Origin: an uncultured Gammaproteobacteria bacterium
GTDB lineage: Bacteria > Patescibacteriota > Microgenomatia > Levybacterales > UBA12049
DNA: 64,000 nucleotides
Direction: 5' to 3'
NCBI GenBank assembly: GCA_964490105.1
Contig: CAZAZU010000001.1
Coordinates: 22,706-86,705 of the forward strand
Position numbers and translations under genes: made by a program. The first letter of the stretch is position 1; the number at the start of each line of letters is the position of its first letter. Positions 19,863-28,097 of this stretch are shown here, piece by piece. Under the pieces are notes generated by a model. It had not been told where the DNA came from and ran no database searches. It worked only from the letters and a program-made list of their open reading frames with translations.

Positions 19863-20768
19863 ATGAAAATCGGAATAATCGGGCTTGGTAAAATGGGCTC
19901 TCGAATTGCTCAAAAGCTTTCCGATGAGCATGAGGTATCAGTTTGGAATCGTTCGCCGGAAGATATAGAAGAGCTAAAAAAAGTATCAAAAGTCCAGGGG
20001 TTTGATTCTGTTGAAGCTTTAGTTAGCAATTTGCCTTCCCCTAAAATTATTTGGATTATGGTGCCGCATGTGGCAGTTGAAGAGGTATTAACAGAAGTTA
20101 AAAAGTTTGTTTCCACCGGAGACATCGTAGTAGACGGAGGAAATTCCAATTACAAAGATACAGACAGAAGATTTTTAGAATTCGAAAAAGCAGGGATTAA
20201 ATACTTAGGAATTGGAGTAAGCGGAGGAATAATTGCGTTTAAAAATGGATATCCGCTGATGGTTGGGGGGAATCGCGAAGCATATGAAGCGATTATTCCA
20301 ATTTTAGATACTTTAGCAAAACCCACTGGCGGACATGAATATTTCGGGACAGGAGGAGCTGGGCATTTTGTAAAAATGGTTCATAACGGAGTGGAATATG
20401 CCCAGATGCAAAGTATTGGCGAAGGATTTGAAATTCTGGAAAAATCAGCTTATAAATTTGATTTATCAAAAATTGCCAATCTTTGGAGTAAAGGAACAAT
20501 AGTATCAGGGTTTTTAATTGATAGAGCATCTGAGAGTTTGAATAGAGATTCGAAGCTTTCAGAATTTTCCGGGCCAATAGCTAGAAGCGGAGAAGGAGAC
20601 TGGACAATTCTTGCGGCGGAGGAAGAAGGAATTGACCCAGAAATAATCAACGGCGCAGTAGAATTCAGAAAAAAATCTGAAATAGATGAAGATATACAAA
20701 ATTCATTTACCGCAAAAATGATTAACTCACTTCGTAATGCATTTGGCGGCCACGAAATTAAAAAGTAA
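19863..20768 (+). CDS. gnd: 6-phosphogluconate dehydrogenase (short, GntZ/YqeC-like)
   Basis: GIIGLGKMG, VDGGNS, GVSGG, GAGHFVKMVHNGVEY, LRNAFGGH; promoter TTGACA-17-TAGACT-7-ATG. Confidence 0.95.
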   Translation: MKIGIIGLGKMGSRIAQKLSDEHEVSVWNRSPEDIEELKKVSKVQGFDSVEALVSNLPSPKIIWIMVPHVAVEEVLTEVKKFVSTGDIVVDGGNSNYKDTDRRFLEFEKAGIKYLGIGVSGGIIAFKNGYPLMVGGNREAYEAIIPILDTLAKPTGGHEYFGTGGAGHFVKMVHNGVEYAQMQSIGEGFEILEKSAYKFDLSKIANLWSKGTIVSGFLIDRASESLNRDSKLSEFSGPIARSGEGDWTILAAEEEGIDPEIINGAVEFRKKSEIDEDIQNSFTAKMINSLRNAFGGHEIKK

Positions 20769-20788
20769 TATGCTATACTCGAATCTGT

Positions 20789-20831
20789 GATCCATTCGAC
20801 GATTGCTCAGGATCATGCTGAATTTATCGAA
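20789..20831. repeat. REP-like palindromic element upstream of proS
   Basis: gatcc..ggatc and ttcga..tcag / ctga..tcgaa alternative pairings. Confidence 0.5.
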
Positions 20832-20833
20832 AT

Positions 20834-22102
20834 ATGAAATACTCTACTTTTTTTCCAAAAGCCAGGAAGTCAGAATTTAAAGATGATCTATCTATTAATG
20901 CGAAATATTTAATAAAAGCAGGCTACATCGATCAGCTAATGGCTGGTTCATATACATTACTCCCCTTAGGTTTTCGAGTTGTGCAAAATATAAATAATAT
21001 TATCCGGGATGAATTAAATAAGACTGGTGCGCAGGAGTTATTAATGCCGCTTCTTCATCCTCGGGAGATTTGGGATCAGACCGGTAGATGGAGCGATCCA
21101 GATGTAAAACAAATTATGTATCAGTTTAAGGATATCCATGATAAAGAATTTGGATTATCTTTTACTCATGAAGAAATAGTAATGAATTTACTAGGTAAAA
21201 TGGTGCAGAGCTATAAAGATTTACCGGTTAAGGTTTATCATTTTTCTACTAAATTCAGAAATGAACCGAGGGCAAAATCAGGAATTTTAAGAGGAAGAGA
21301 ATTTATGATGAAGGATTTGTATTCTGCGCATGTTTCTGAGGAGGATATGTATAAATATTATAATTTGGTAAAAGAAGTTTATCCAAAAATATTTAAGCGT
21401 TTGGGTTTGGAAGCTTTAACAGTAGAAGCAAGCGGAGGAGTATTCACCGATAAAAATAGCCACGAATTCCAGGTTTTAAGTGAAGTTGGAGAAGATACTA
21501 TCTTTTTCTGTGATTGTAGCGGAAAAAGCTGTGATTGTCGATTTGCTCAAAATAAAGAATTGTTTGCGGGTGCTGATGGAGATAAATGCCCGGAATGTGA
21601 TGATTGCACTATAAAATCTGCAAAATCGATAGAAGTTGGAAATATTTTTCCGCTTGGGACTAAATATTCTCAGAATATGAAAGTTTTATATACCGATGCC
21701 GAAGGTAAAGCACAAAATATCTGGTTTGCGAGTTATGGAATTGGACCAACGAGAGTTATGGGAACTCTCGTAGAAGTTTTTCATGATGATAAAGGAATTA
21801 TCTGGCCAAAAAGTGTTGCACCATTTCAAGTGTATTTGATTAGTATCATGAATCAAGAATCAAGTATTAAGGAAGAGACGGAAAAAGTTTATAAAAAATT
21901 GCAAGAGGCCGGAGTTGAGGTTTTGTGGGACGACAGAGAAGTAAGTCCTGGAGAAAAGTTTGCAAATGCTGATCTCCTAGGTTTTCCTTATCGTTTGGTA
22001 ATCTCTCAAAAAACAGGGGATAAAATTGAATTTAAAGAAAGAAAAAGTGAAGATGCTTCGCTTTTAAGCCTAGATGAAGTAATTTCTAGAATTGAGGAAT
22101 AA
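20834..22102 (+). CDS. proS: prolyl-tRNA synthetase (short form, no INS editing domain)
   Basis: THEE, KFRNEPR, GILRGREFMMKD, IEVGNIFPLG, SYGIG, anticodon-binding domain. Confidence 0.95.
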   Translation: MKYSTFFPKARKSEFKDDLSINAKYLIKAGYIDQLMAGSYTLLPLGFRVVQNINNIIRDELNKTGAQELLMPLLHPREIWDQTGRWSDPDVKQIMYQFKDIHDKEFGLSFTHEEIVMNLLGKMVQSYKDLPVKVYHFSTKFRNEPRAKSGILRGREFMMKDLYSAHVSEEDMYKYYNLVKEVYPKIFKRLGLEALTVEASGGVFTDKNSHEFQVLSEVGEDTIFFCDCSGKSCDCRFAQNKELFAGADGDKCPECDDCTIKSAKSIEVGNIFPLGTKYSQNMKVLYTDAEGKAQNIWFASYGIGPTRVMGTLVEVFHDDKGIIWPKSVAPFQVYLISIMNQESSIKEETEKVYKKLQEAGVEVLWDDREVSPGEKFANADLLGFPYRLVISQKTGDKIEFKERKSEDASLLSLDEVISRIEE

Positions 22103-22505
22103 AAGGAATCTGAAGTTTAAATACGTAAATCCACACGAATGTATAAGCTACAAGTAGAACAATAACTCCGAGACCTAAAACTAACGACATAACTTTTGAT
22201 CCGCCTCTTTTTACCGTAGCACCCTGATTTTTACCAGGATTATTCGCATTAAAAGCAATTGTTCCTCCGATTGGAGAAGGAGCGGCAGGAGCTGCGGGAG
22301 CCGCTTGCGGAGTCACTTCAGTTGGTACGACGGGAGCTTGCGGTTGAACTGGAATAGGAGTAGACGAAGTGCCCATTTGCGGAGAAAACGGTGCCGGAGC
22401 AGGCGGAGGGGGAACTGTTCCTGGTGGAGGTACAGCAGGGCCATTCATTACTCTATCATATGCTTCTTGAAGTTTTGGGTCAGTCGCGGACAGCTTTGGA
22501 TCCAT
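22086..22505 (-). CDS. Pro-rich protein with C-terminal transmembrane anchor
   Basis: Pro/Ala-rich centre, C-terminal hydrophobic helix; own promoter. Confidence 0.75.
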   Translation of the reverse strand: MDPKLSATDPKLQEAYDRVMNGPAVPPPGTVPPPPAPAPFSPQMGTSSTPIPVQPQAPVVPTEVTPQAAPAAPAAPSPIGGTIAFNANNPGKNQGATVKRGGSKVMSLVLGLGVIVLLVAYTFVWIYVFKLQIPFIPQF

Positions 22506-22531
22506 ATAATCTAGTTTAGCGCATCGGTTGT

Positions 22532-22557
22532 TTTTGTCAACCCCGATTAAATCGGGG
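22532..22557 (-). repeat. palindrome fused to -35 box, copy 1
   Basis: ccccgatttaatcggggTTGACAaaa on the minus strand, identical to 44439-44464. Confidence 0.8.
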
Positions 22558-22567
22558 TTAATATAGC

Positions 22568-23458
22568 TTATCGTGCTTTGGTAAGAAGAATCTCTACAAA
22601 CTGGTTAAAATTTATACCTGATGCCTTAGCTGCTTTTGGAATTAAACTTTCAGATGTAAGGCCAGGAATTGTATTTATTTCTAAAGCGTAAGGGATGTTT
22701 TGTGAATAAATGAAATCAGTCCTCGAATAAGTTCCAAAATCAAAATTATTGTGAATCTTAAGTGCTATCTCTTGAGCTTCTTTTTGTTTGTTTACTGGCA
22801 CAGATGGGGCATTTGGAATTTCTTTTGTGCCAGATGTGTATTTATTTTCATAACTGAACCATTCTCCTTCAGGAGGTTTTATTTCAATTACTGGAAGCGC
22901 TTTACCATCTAGAACTCCGACGGTAATTTCTACTCCATCTATATATTTTTCAACATATAATTTATAGTTTGAGTTAAGTAAAAATTTGGCATTTTTTATA
23001 TTTAAGTCTTTTTTAGATTTGAGAATTACTACTTCATGAGAAGAGCCGCCGTGAGATGCTTTTAGAACGCAAGGAAATCCAAATTTTATAATATCCTCTT
23101 TAGTTTTAATCTCAGTCCATGGGGAAGTGGGAAGACCCGATTTTGTCGCAAATTTTTTAAATGGAATTTTATACCATCCATTTTGCATGCCTTTATAATT
23201 TCTCGTTCCGACAATCGGTTTATCGATTTTATTTAAAAATTCGTGAAGCTGGCCACCTTCTCCTTCTTCTCCATGGAGAACAGGGAATAGGGTTTCGAAG
23301 TTTTTTGCTAGCCTTATTATCGGTTCATATCCCTTCCTAATATCGAATTGTTTTACTTCATGCCCATTTTCTTCGAGCGCTTTTTGCACATTCTTAGCTG
23401 AAGTTAGTGAAACGATTCTTTCAGAAGAGTCACCGCCTGTGATAAGTAAAACCTTCAT
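22568..23458 (-). CDS. ddl: D-alanine--D-alanine ligase
   Basis: GGDSSERIVS, LHGEEGEGG, GGSS, VEKYIDGVE, RTDF, LEINTIPGLT. Confidence 0.93.
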   Translation of the reverse strand: MKVLLITGGDSSERIVSLTSAKNVQKALEENGHEVKQFDIRKGYEPIIRLAKNFETLFPVLHGEEGEGGQLHEFLNKIDKPIVGTRNYKGMQNGWYKIPFKKFATKSGLPTSPWTEIKTKEDIIKFGFPCVLKASHGGSSHEVVILKSKKDLNIKNAKFLLNSNYKLYVEKYIDGVEITVGVLDGKALPVIEIKPPEGEWFSYENKYTSGTKEIPNAPSVPVNKQKEAQEIALKIHNNFDFGTYSRTDFIYSQNIPYALEINTIPGLTSESLIPKAAKASGINFNQFVEILLTKAR

Positions 23459-23505
23459 TTAATGAGAAATCTATTCTAACACAATACCGCAATATGTTTA
23501 AAAAC

Positions 23506-23531
23506 TCATATATCGATATATCGATATATGA
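23506..23531. repeat. perfect 26-bp palindrome
   Basis: tcatatatcgatatatcgatatatga equals its own reverse complement. Confidence 0.85.
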
Positions 23532-23610
23532 TGCAGGGGTTAAATTGGCTTAGGAATTTTAGAAAAGAGTACTATTTGATTAGCCGTAGTTAATAAGGTA
23601 GAATGCAGGC

Positions 23611-24279
23611 ATGAATAGACCGCTAGACGCAGAACCAGGAGTAGGTCTACCACTTCCTCCAGCAGATGGCCCTAAAGATCGGGGTGACTTAAGGTCTCCT
23701 AGGGAGCGAATGACCACTCTCGTGGAAGAAATGTTGGCATATAGAGCAAATCCTGGTGTAAGTTATACTTTTTTTAGATTTCCAGATCTTGCACCTCAAG
23801 AACTTTTAACCAGACTTAAAGATGAGGTTTCATTAGGATTATTAGTTCCAGATGGGGAGAGATTGCCTCAGCCCGCGCGAGACGATGTAATAAGAATTGC
23901 AGACTCTAATAAACTAACGGGTGTTATTGTGACAGCTGATCGAGCTAGAGAGGGAAACTTTCGAAGAAGAAAAGTTGGAATTGAATTCTTAGCTGAATAT
24001 GAAGGGGGAGACCGGATCGTTAAGACTGCTCAAAAGTTAATTCTAGAGGATGATTCAAAAGAGCCAGTAAGAATTACGATGCGTAGGTCAGCTTTAGTTG
24101 ATCTGAATTCAGAAGAAGGAGGCTACGACTCAGGCAAGGCTATACCAGTCTCCGATGAACAAGCCACTGGTTTCCTCGGAATCTTAGAAGAACTTTTTGA
24201 AGCATGGAAGAAAAGTCCAGAAGGAATTGACAGAGCAAAGCGCAAGCATGTAGCTTCTCATCTCTCCAAAACTCCTTAA
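23611..24279 (+). CDS. hypothetical Arg-rich orphan protein
   Basis: 222-aa ORF, Pro-rich N-terminus, promoter TTGATT-17-TAGAAT-6-ATG. Confidence 0.7.
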   Translation: MNRPLDAEPGVGLPLPPADGPKDRGDLRSPRERMTTLVEEMLAYRANPGVSYTFFRFPDLAPQELLTRLKDEVSLGLLVPDGERLPQPARDDVIRIADSNKLTGVIVTADRAREGNFRRRKVGIEFLAEYEGGDRIVKTAQKLILEDDSKEPVRITMRRSALVDLNSEEGGYDSGKAIPVSDEQATGFLGILEELFEAWKKSPEGIDRAKRKHVASHLSKTP

Positions 24280-24299
24280 AAATAGGGTATACTTGCCAT

Positions 24300-25202
24300 A
24301 TGAAAATTATTGTTACTCACGCAGCACCAGACCTTGATGCTGTGACTTCAGTTTGGCTTCTTAAAAGATTTTTACAAGGTTGGAACGAGGCTGAAGTAAA
24401 ATTTGTTCCTGCAGGACAACGTTTGAATCAAGAATCAAGAATCAAGAATCAAGGTGAGGATCCGATTGAAAAGATAGGGAATAATGAAGTGATACATGTG
24501 GATACCGGGTTGGGACCTCTTGATCATCACCAGACATTTTCAGATAAAGTTTGCGGGGCTACTCTTACTTGGGATTTTGTTCGCGAAAATGGGCAAATGT
24601 TTGAAAATGAAGCAACTTCTGACAAAGTTCAGATGCGAGAACAGGCACTTTCAAGAATTATGAATGTGGTTGTTGCGGATGATCACTTTAAGCAGGTTTT
24701 TTATCCCGAGCCAAATGCAGATCACTATGAATTTATGCTTTCGGATATGCTTGATGGATTAAAACTTCAAAAACCAGGTCAAGATCAGGCTTGTGTGGAT
24801 TTTGCCATGTCAGCGCTCGATGCAATTCTTCATAATTTCGAGAATAAAATTTGGGCTGAAAGAGAGATAGAGGAAAACGGGAAAAAATTTGAGTCTAGAT
24901 GGGGAAGAGGAATAGGATTTGAAACTATAAATGATGATGTTATAAAAATAAGTCAGAAAATGGGCTATTCAATAGTAGTCAGAAAAGATCCAAGAAAAGG
25001 ATATGTGCGAATTAAGGCAACCCCTGCAGAAAGCGTAGATTTAACTCCGGTTTATGAGCAGCTTAAAAAAATGGATCCAGATGCTACATGGTTTTTACAC
25101 GTGGGGAAAAGAATGCTTTTAAATGGTACTCCAAAAAATCCTAAAATGATTCCATCCCGCCTGAAGCTAGATGAGATAATTAATGTTTTAAAGAAAAGTT
25201 AA
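24300..25202 (+). CDS. DHH/MYG1-like phosphoesterase-fold protein
   Basis: IVTHAAPDLDA and VDTGLGPLDHHQ motifs. Confidence 0.6.
   Translation: MKIIVTHAAPDLDAVTSVWLLKRFLQGWNEAEVKFVPAGQRLNQESRIKNQGEDPIEKIGNNEVIHVDTGLGPLDHHQTFSDKVCGATLTWDFVRENGQMFENEATSDKVQMREQALSRIMNVVVADDHFKQVFYPEPNADHYEFMLSDMLDGLKLQKPGQDQACVDFAMSALDAILHNFENKIWAEREIEENGKKFESRWGRGIGFETINDDVIKISQKMGYSIVVRKDPRKGYVRIKATPAESVDLTPVYEQLKKMDPDATWFLHVGKRMLLNGTPKNPKMIPSRLKLDEIINVLKKS
24425..24453 (+). repeat. intragenic tandem repeat (GAATCAA)x4
   Basis: gaatcaagaatcaagaatcaagaatcaag encoding NQESRIKNQ. Confidence 0.85.
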
Positions 25203-25286
25203 AAGTTAAAATGCAAAACTCAAAATTGCAATTAAAAATTTTTAAATTTTTACATTAACTTTTGACCTTTGATTTTTGAATTTTGA
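25199..25286. repeat. inverted heptamer-array element
   Basis: ttaaaag/ttaaaat/gcaaaac/tcaaaat ... cttttga/cctttga/tttttga/attttga; similar to 9407-9515. Confidence 0.7.
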
Positions 25287-25289
25287 ATT

Positions 25290-25694
25290 ATGGCTGAATG
25301 TATTTTTTGTAAAGTTATAGCCAAAGAGACTCTAGGATATTTTGTTTTGGAAGAAGAAAATTATGTAGCTTTTTTAGATATATTTGGTTCGACTGACGGT
25401 CACGTAATGGTGGTGCCACGTAAGCACGGACTTAGTATTTTAGATTATTCAAAAGAAGAATTAGGAGAATTTATGGCAGGGGTTCAAAGTGTCGCGAGAA
25501 AACTTGAAAAAAATCTGAATACAGATTCAATTACGATTGGGATTAACCATAAAGAGGAAAAAGGCGTTCCGCATCTTCACATTCATTTGATCCCAAGATT
25601 TAAAAATGATGGTGGAAAAGTGCTTCAAAGTCTAGTTTCAAAAGGAATAAAAGAAGATTTAACTAGAATAGTCGAGAAAATCCGCACGAATTAG
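25290..25694 (+). CDS. HIT family hydrolase
   Basis: CIFC, GHVMVVP, VPHLHIHLIPR. Confidence 0.93.
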   Translation: MAECIFCKVIAKETLGYFVLEEENYVAFLDIFGSTDGHVMVVPRKHGLSILDYSKEELGEFMAGVQSVARKLEKNLNTDSITIGINHKEEKGVPHLHIHLIPRFKNDGGKVLQSLVSKGIKEDLTRIVEKIRTN

Positions 25695-25720
25695 ACCACA
25701 CATTTTTACCCTTCACTTAA

Positions 25721-25763
25721 ACCCGCCATTCGTAGCGCGGCTCAAGGAACAAATTCTGGTGGG
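25721..25763. repeat. intergenic repeat, copy 1 (partner at 33061-33102)
   Basis: 16-nt identical core attcgtagcgcggctc plus similar flanks. Confidence 0.7.
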
Positions 25764-25871
25764 CGAAGCTTGTCAATTAAGTACTTTTGGAGTACAATTT
25801 AACACACATTAGTTAAAATACAGCCACGTATTAACGACGGCGCGTATTAAAAGGGGGGTGTTTATTTAATT

Positions 25872-26051
25872 ATGGTAGTAGTAAAAAAGTCACCAGGAGA
25901 TTCTGATGATTCATTAATTAGAAAGTTTTCAAGAAAAGTTATGTCTGAGGGCATAGTTCAGGAGGCTAAAAGAAGAGAGTTTTATTTAAAACCTTCTCTA
26001 GCGCGTAAACAAAAACTTGAAGATGCCAGAAGGGTAAAAAAGGTCTGGTAA
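25872..26051 (+). CDS. rpsU: 30S ribosomal protein S21 (absent from ORF track)
   Basis: 59 aa MVVVKKSPGDSDDSLIRKFSRKV...AKRREFYLKPS; SD aaggggggtg; promoter TTGTCA-17-TACAAT at 25770-25798. Confidence 0.92.
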   Translation: MVVVKKSPGDSDDSLIRKFSRKVMSEGIVQEAKRREFYLKPSLARKQKLEDARRVKKVW

Positions 26052-26053
26052 AG

Positions 26054-26440
26054 ATGAGCAACCTCAATGTTCTAATTTTTGTTGAAAGCAGATATAAGGT
26101 TAACAGAAAGAGAATTCGGACAGCGCTTGCAAATTTACTTAATGAGCAGGGTGTAAACTCTCCTGTAGAAGTTTCGGTTGCAATTGTTGGGGACCGAAAG
26201 ATGCGTGAGCTTTCCAAAAAATATAAAGGGGAAGATAAAACACGAAATATTTTATCATTTTCCTTAAGTGAGGGAGAAAAACACGCTCTTCCAAATGACA
26301 TAATTAGACTTGGAGATATTGTGATTTCATATCCAGTGGTAATTACAGAAGCCGCCCGAGATGAAGTATTGGTAGATGACAAGATTGATGAACTAGTTGT
26401 TCATGGAATGACTCATCTGTTAGGATTACACCACGAGTAA
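26054..26440 (+). CDS. ybeY: rRNA maturation endoribonuclease YbeY
   Basis: NILSF, LGDIVIS, VHGMTHLLGLHH. Confidence 0.9.
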   Translation: MSNLNVLIFVESRYKVNRKRIRTALANLLNEQGVNSPVEVSVAIVGDRKMRELSKKYKGEDKTRNILSFSLSEGEKHALPNDIIRLGDIVISYPVVITEAARDEVLVDDKIDELVVHGMTHLLGLHHE

Positions 26441-26443
26441 TTA

Positions 26444-27802
26444 ATGGTTTTTTATTTAAAATATCGCCCCAAGAAAATATCAGAACTTGATAGTAGTGAA
26501 CTTGTTGAAAAATTAACAAGCCTATTTAAAGGAAAACTTCCAGATAAAATTCCGCACGCATTTCTTTTTACTGGTCCAAAAGGACTTGGTAAAACTTCTA
26601 CAGCTAGAATTCTTGCAAAAGCCATAAATTGTACAAATAGAAAACCTACGGAAATTGAACCATGTAATAAGTGTGAATCATGTAATTCCATTAATAACGG
26701 ATCCAATTTAGATGTGTTAGAAATTGACGGCGCAAGTAATAGAGGAATTGATGAGATACGGGATTTGCGAGAAAAAATAAGACTTTCTCCCGTAAGTTCT
26801 CTAAAGAAAATTTATATTATTGACGAGGTGCATATGTTAACAACTGAAGCTTTTAATGCCCTTCTAAAAACTTTAGAGGAGCCGCCAGATCATGCGTTTT
26901 TTATTCTATGTACCACTGAGGTTCAAAAAGTTCCGGAGACAATTCTTTCTAGATGTACAAATATTAAATTCTCTAAAGCAACTCTTGCTGACTTCACAAG
27001 TTCTTTTGGGCGCATCGCAAAAGGTGAAGAGCTAAAAATAGAAAAAGAAGCGCTTGCTCAAATAGCCAGACTTTCTGATGGCTCATTTAGAGACGGAGCA
27101 AAAATACTTGAAGAGTTAAGTGCATCGAGCAAAGAAATAACTCTAGACTTAATTGAAAAGAAATATAAAACTCAGTCCATTGATAAATCTGTTTTGGACT
27201 TGATAGAAAGTTTTGAAAAAAAAGATTCAAAAAAGGGAATTAAAATTGTTTCGGACTTAGCAAATGACTCGTCTGATTTTAAAATTATTGTCGAGACATT
27301 AATCGATAGACTCCATAAAAATTTAATTGCACAAATTGGGGGAGAAAAATCATCAGGTTTGAGCTTATCGGAAACTAAAAATCTTATTGAGATGCTGGTG
27401 AAAACTCATGTCAGCATTAAATATGCAGTTCTTCCTCAGCTTCCATTAGAGCTTACTATTATAGAATGGGCTAGTTTGTCCGTTGCCCCAATTGAAGCTC
27501 AGATAGAGGTTAAAGAAGCGATTAGAGTTGAGCCAGCGATAAAAAAGCCTCTTCCCAAAACCACGGAAAATGATAATATATTAGAATCTCTGATTGAAGA
27601 AATTAAGAAAGAGAATTTCTCAATTGCAGGAGTTTTAAGAGGTTGTAAGATAGAGAAATCAACTGAGAAGGAACTAACTCTTTCAACTAGTTTTAAGTTT
27701 CATAAAGAAAGATTAAGCGAAGAGAAAATTATAAAATTAATAGAAGAAAAGATTGAAAAAATTACGGGCAAAAAAATTAAATTTTCAGTTGAATTAAAGT
27801 AA
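26444..27802 (+). CDS. dnaX: DNA polymerase III subunit gamma/tau
   Basis: YLKYRP, GPKGLGKTS, zinc Cys cluster, IDEVHML, KTLEEPP, SRC. Confidence 0.96.
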   Translation: MVFYLKYRPKKISELDSSELVEKLTSLFKGKLPDKIPHAFLFTGPKGLGKTSTARILAKAINCTNRKPTEIEPCNKCESCNSINNGSNLDVLEIDGASNRGIDEIRDLREKIRLSPVSSLKKIYIIDEVHMLTTEAFNALLKTLEEPPDHAFFILCTTEVQKVPETILSRCTNIKFSKATLADFTSSFGRIAKGEELKIEKEALAQIARLSDGSFRDGAKILEELSASSKEITLDLIEKKYKTQSIDKSVLDLIESFEKKDSKKGIKIVSDLANDSSDFKIIVETLIDRLHKNLIAQIGGEKSSGLSLSETKNLIEMLVKTHVSIKYAVLPQLPLELTIIEWASLSVAPIEAQIEVKEAIRVEPAIKKPLPKTTENDNILESLIEEIKKENFSIAGVLRGCKIEKSTEKELTLSTSFKFHKERLSEEKIIKLIEEKIEKITGKKIKFSVELK

Positions 27803-27818
27803 GTAGGGAGGTGATTTT

Positions 27819-28097
27819 ATGAACAATCCATTTGGACAAATAGGCGAACTTAAGAAAATGAGAGATCAGGCGATGCAAATTCAGCGTTTGCTCTCTGCTG
27901 AGGAAGTAGAAGTTAACAAAAACGGAGTTGATATAACAATCACTGGGGATCAAAAAATTAAAGAAATTAAGACAAACGGAAGATCAGACAACGATATTAA
28001 AGAAGCTATTAACGAAGCCGTTAAAAAATCTCAAGAAGTTGCAGCGAAAAAACTTGCAGGAATGCAGGGCGGTCTCGGAGGACTTTTAGGAAAATAA
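27819..28097 (+). CDS. ybaB: YbaB/EbfC nucleoid-associated protein
   Basis: dnaX-ybaB-recR context, ITITGDQKI, AINEAVKK; SD gggaggtg. Confidence 0.85.
   Translation: MNNPFGQIGELKKMRDQAMQIQRLLSAEEVEVNKNGVDITITGDQKIKEIKTNGRSDNDIKEAINEAVKKSQEVAAKKLAGMQGGLGGLLGK

Noticed and set aside
5526-25286. Heptamer arrays as CRISPR repeats
   Set aside because: Units are 7 nt with no unique spacers, and no cas genes are present.
25966-26382. 138-aa minus-strand ORF, and the many similar short antisense ORFs in the track
   Set aside because: They lie opposite well-supported genes (here rpsU/ybeY) and show no motifs or start signals.
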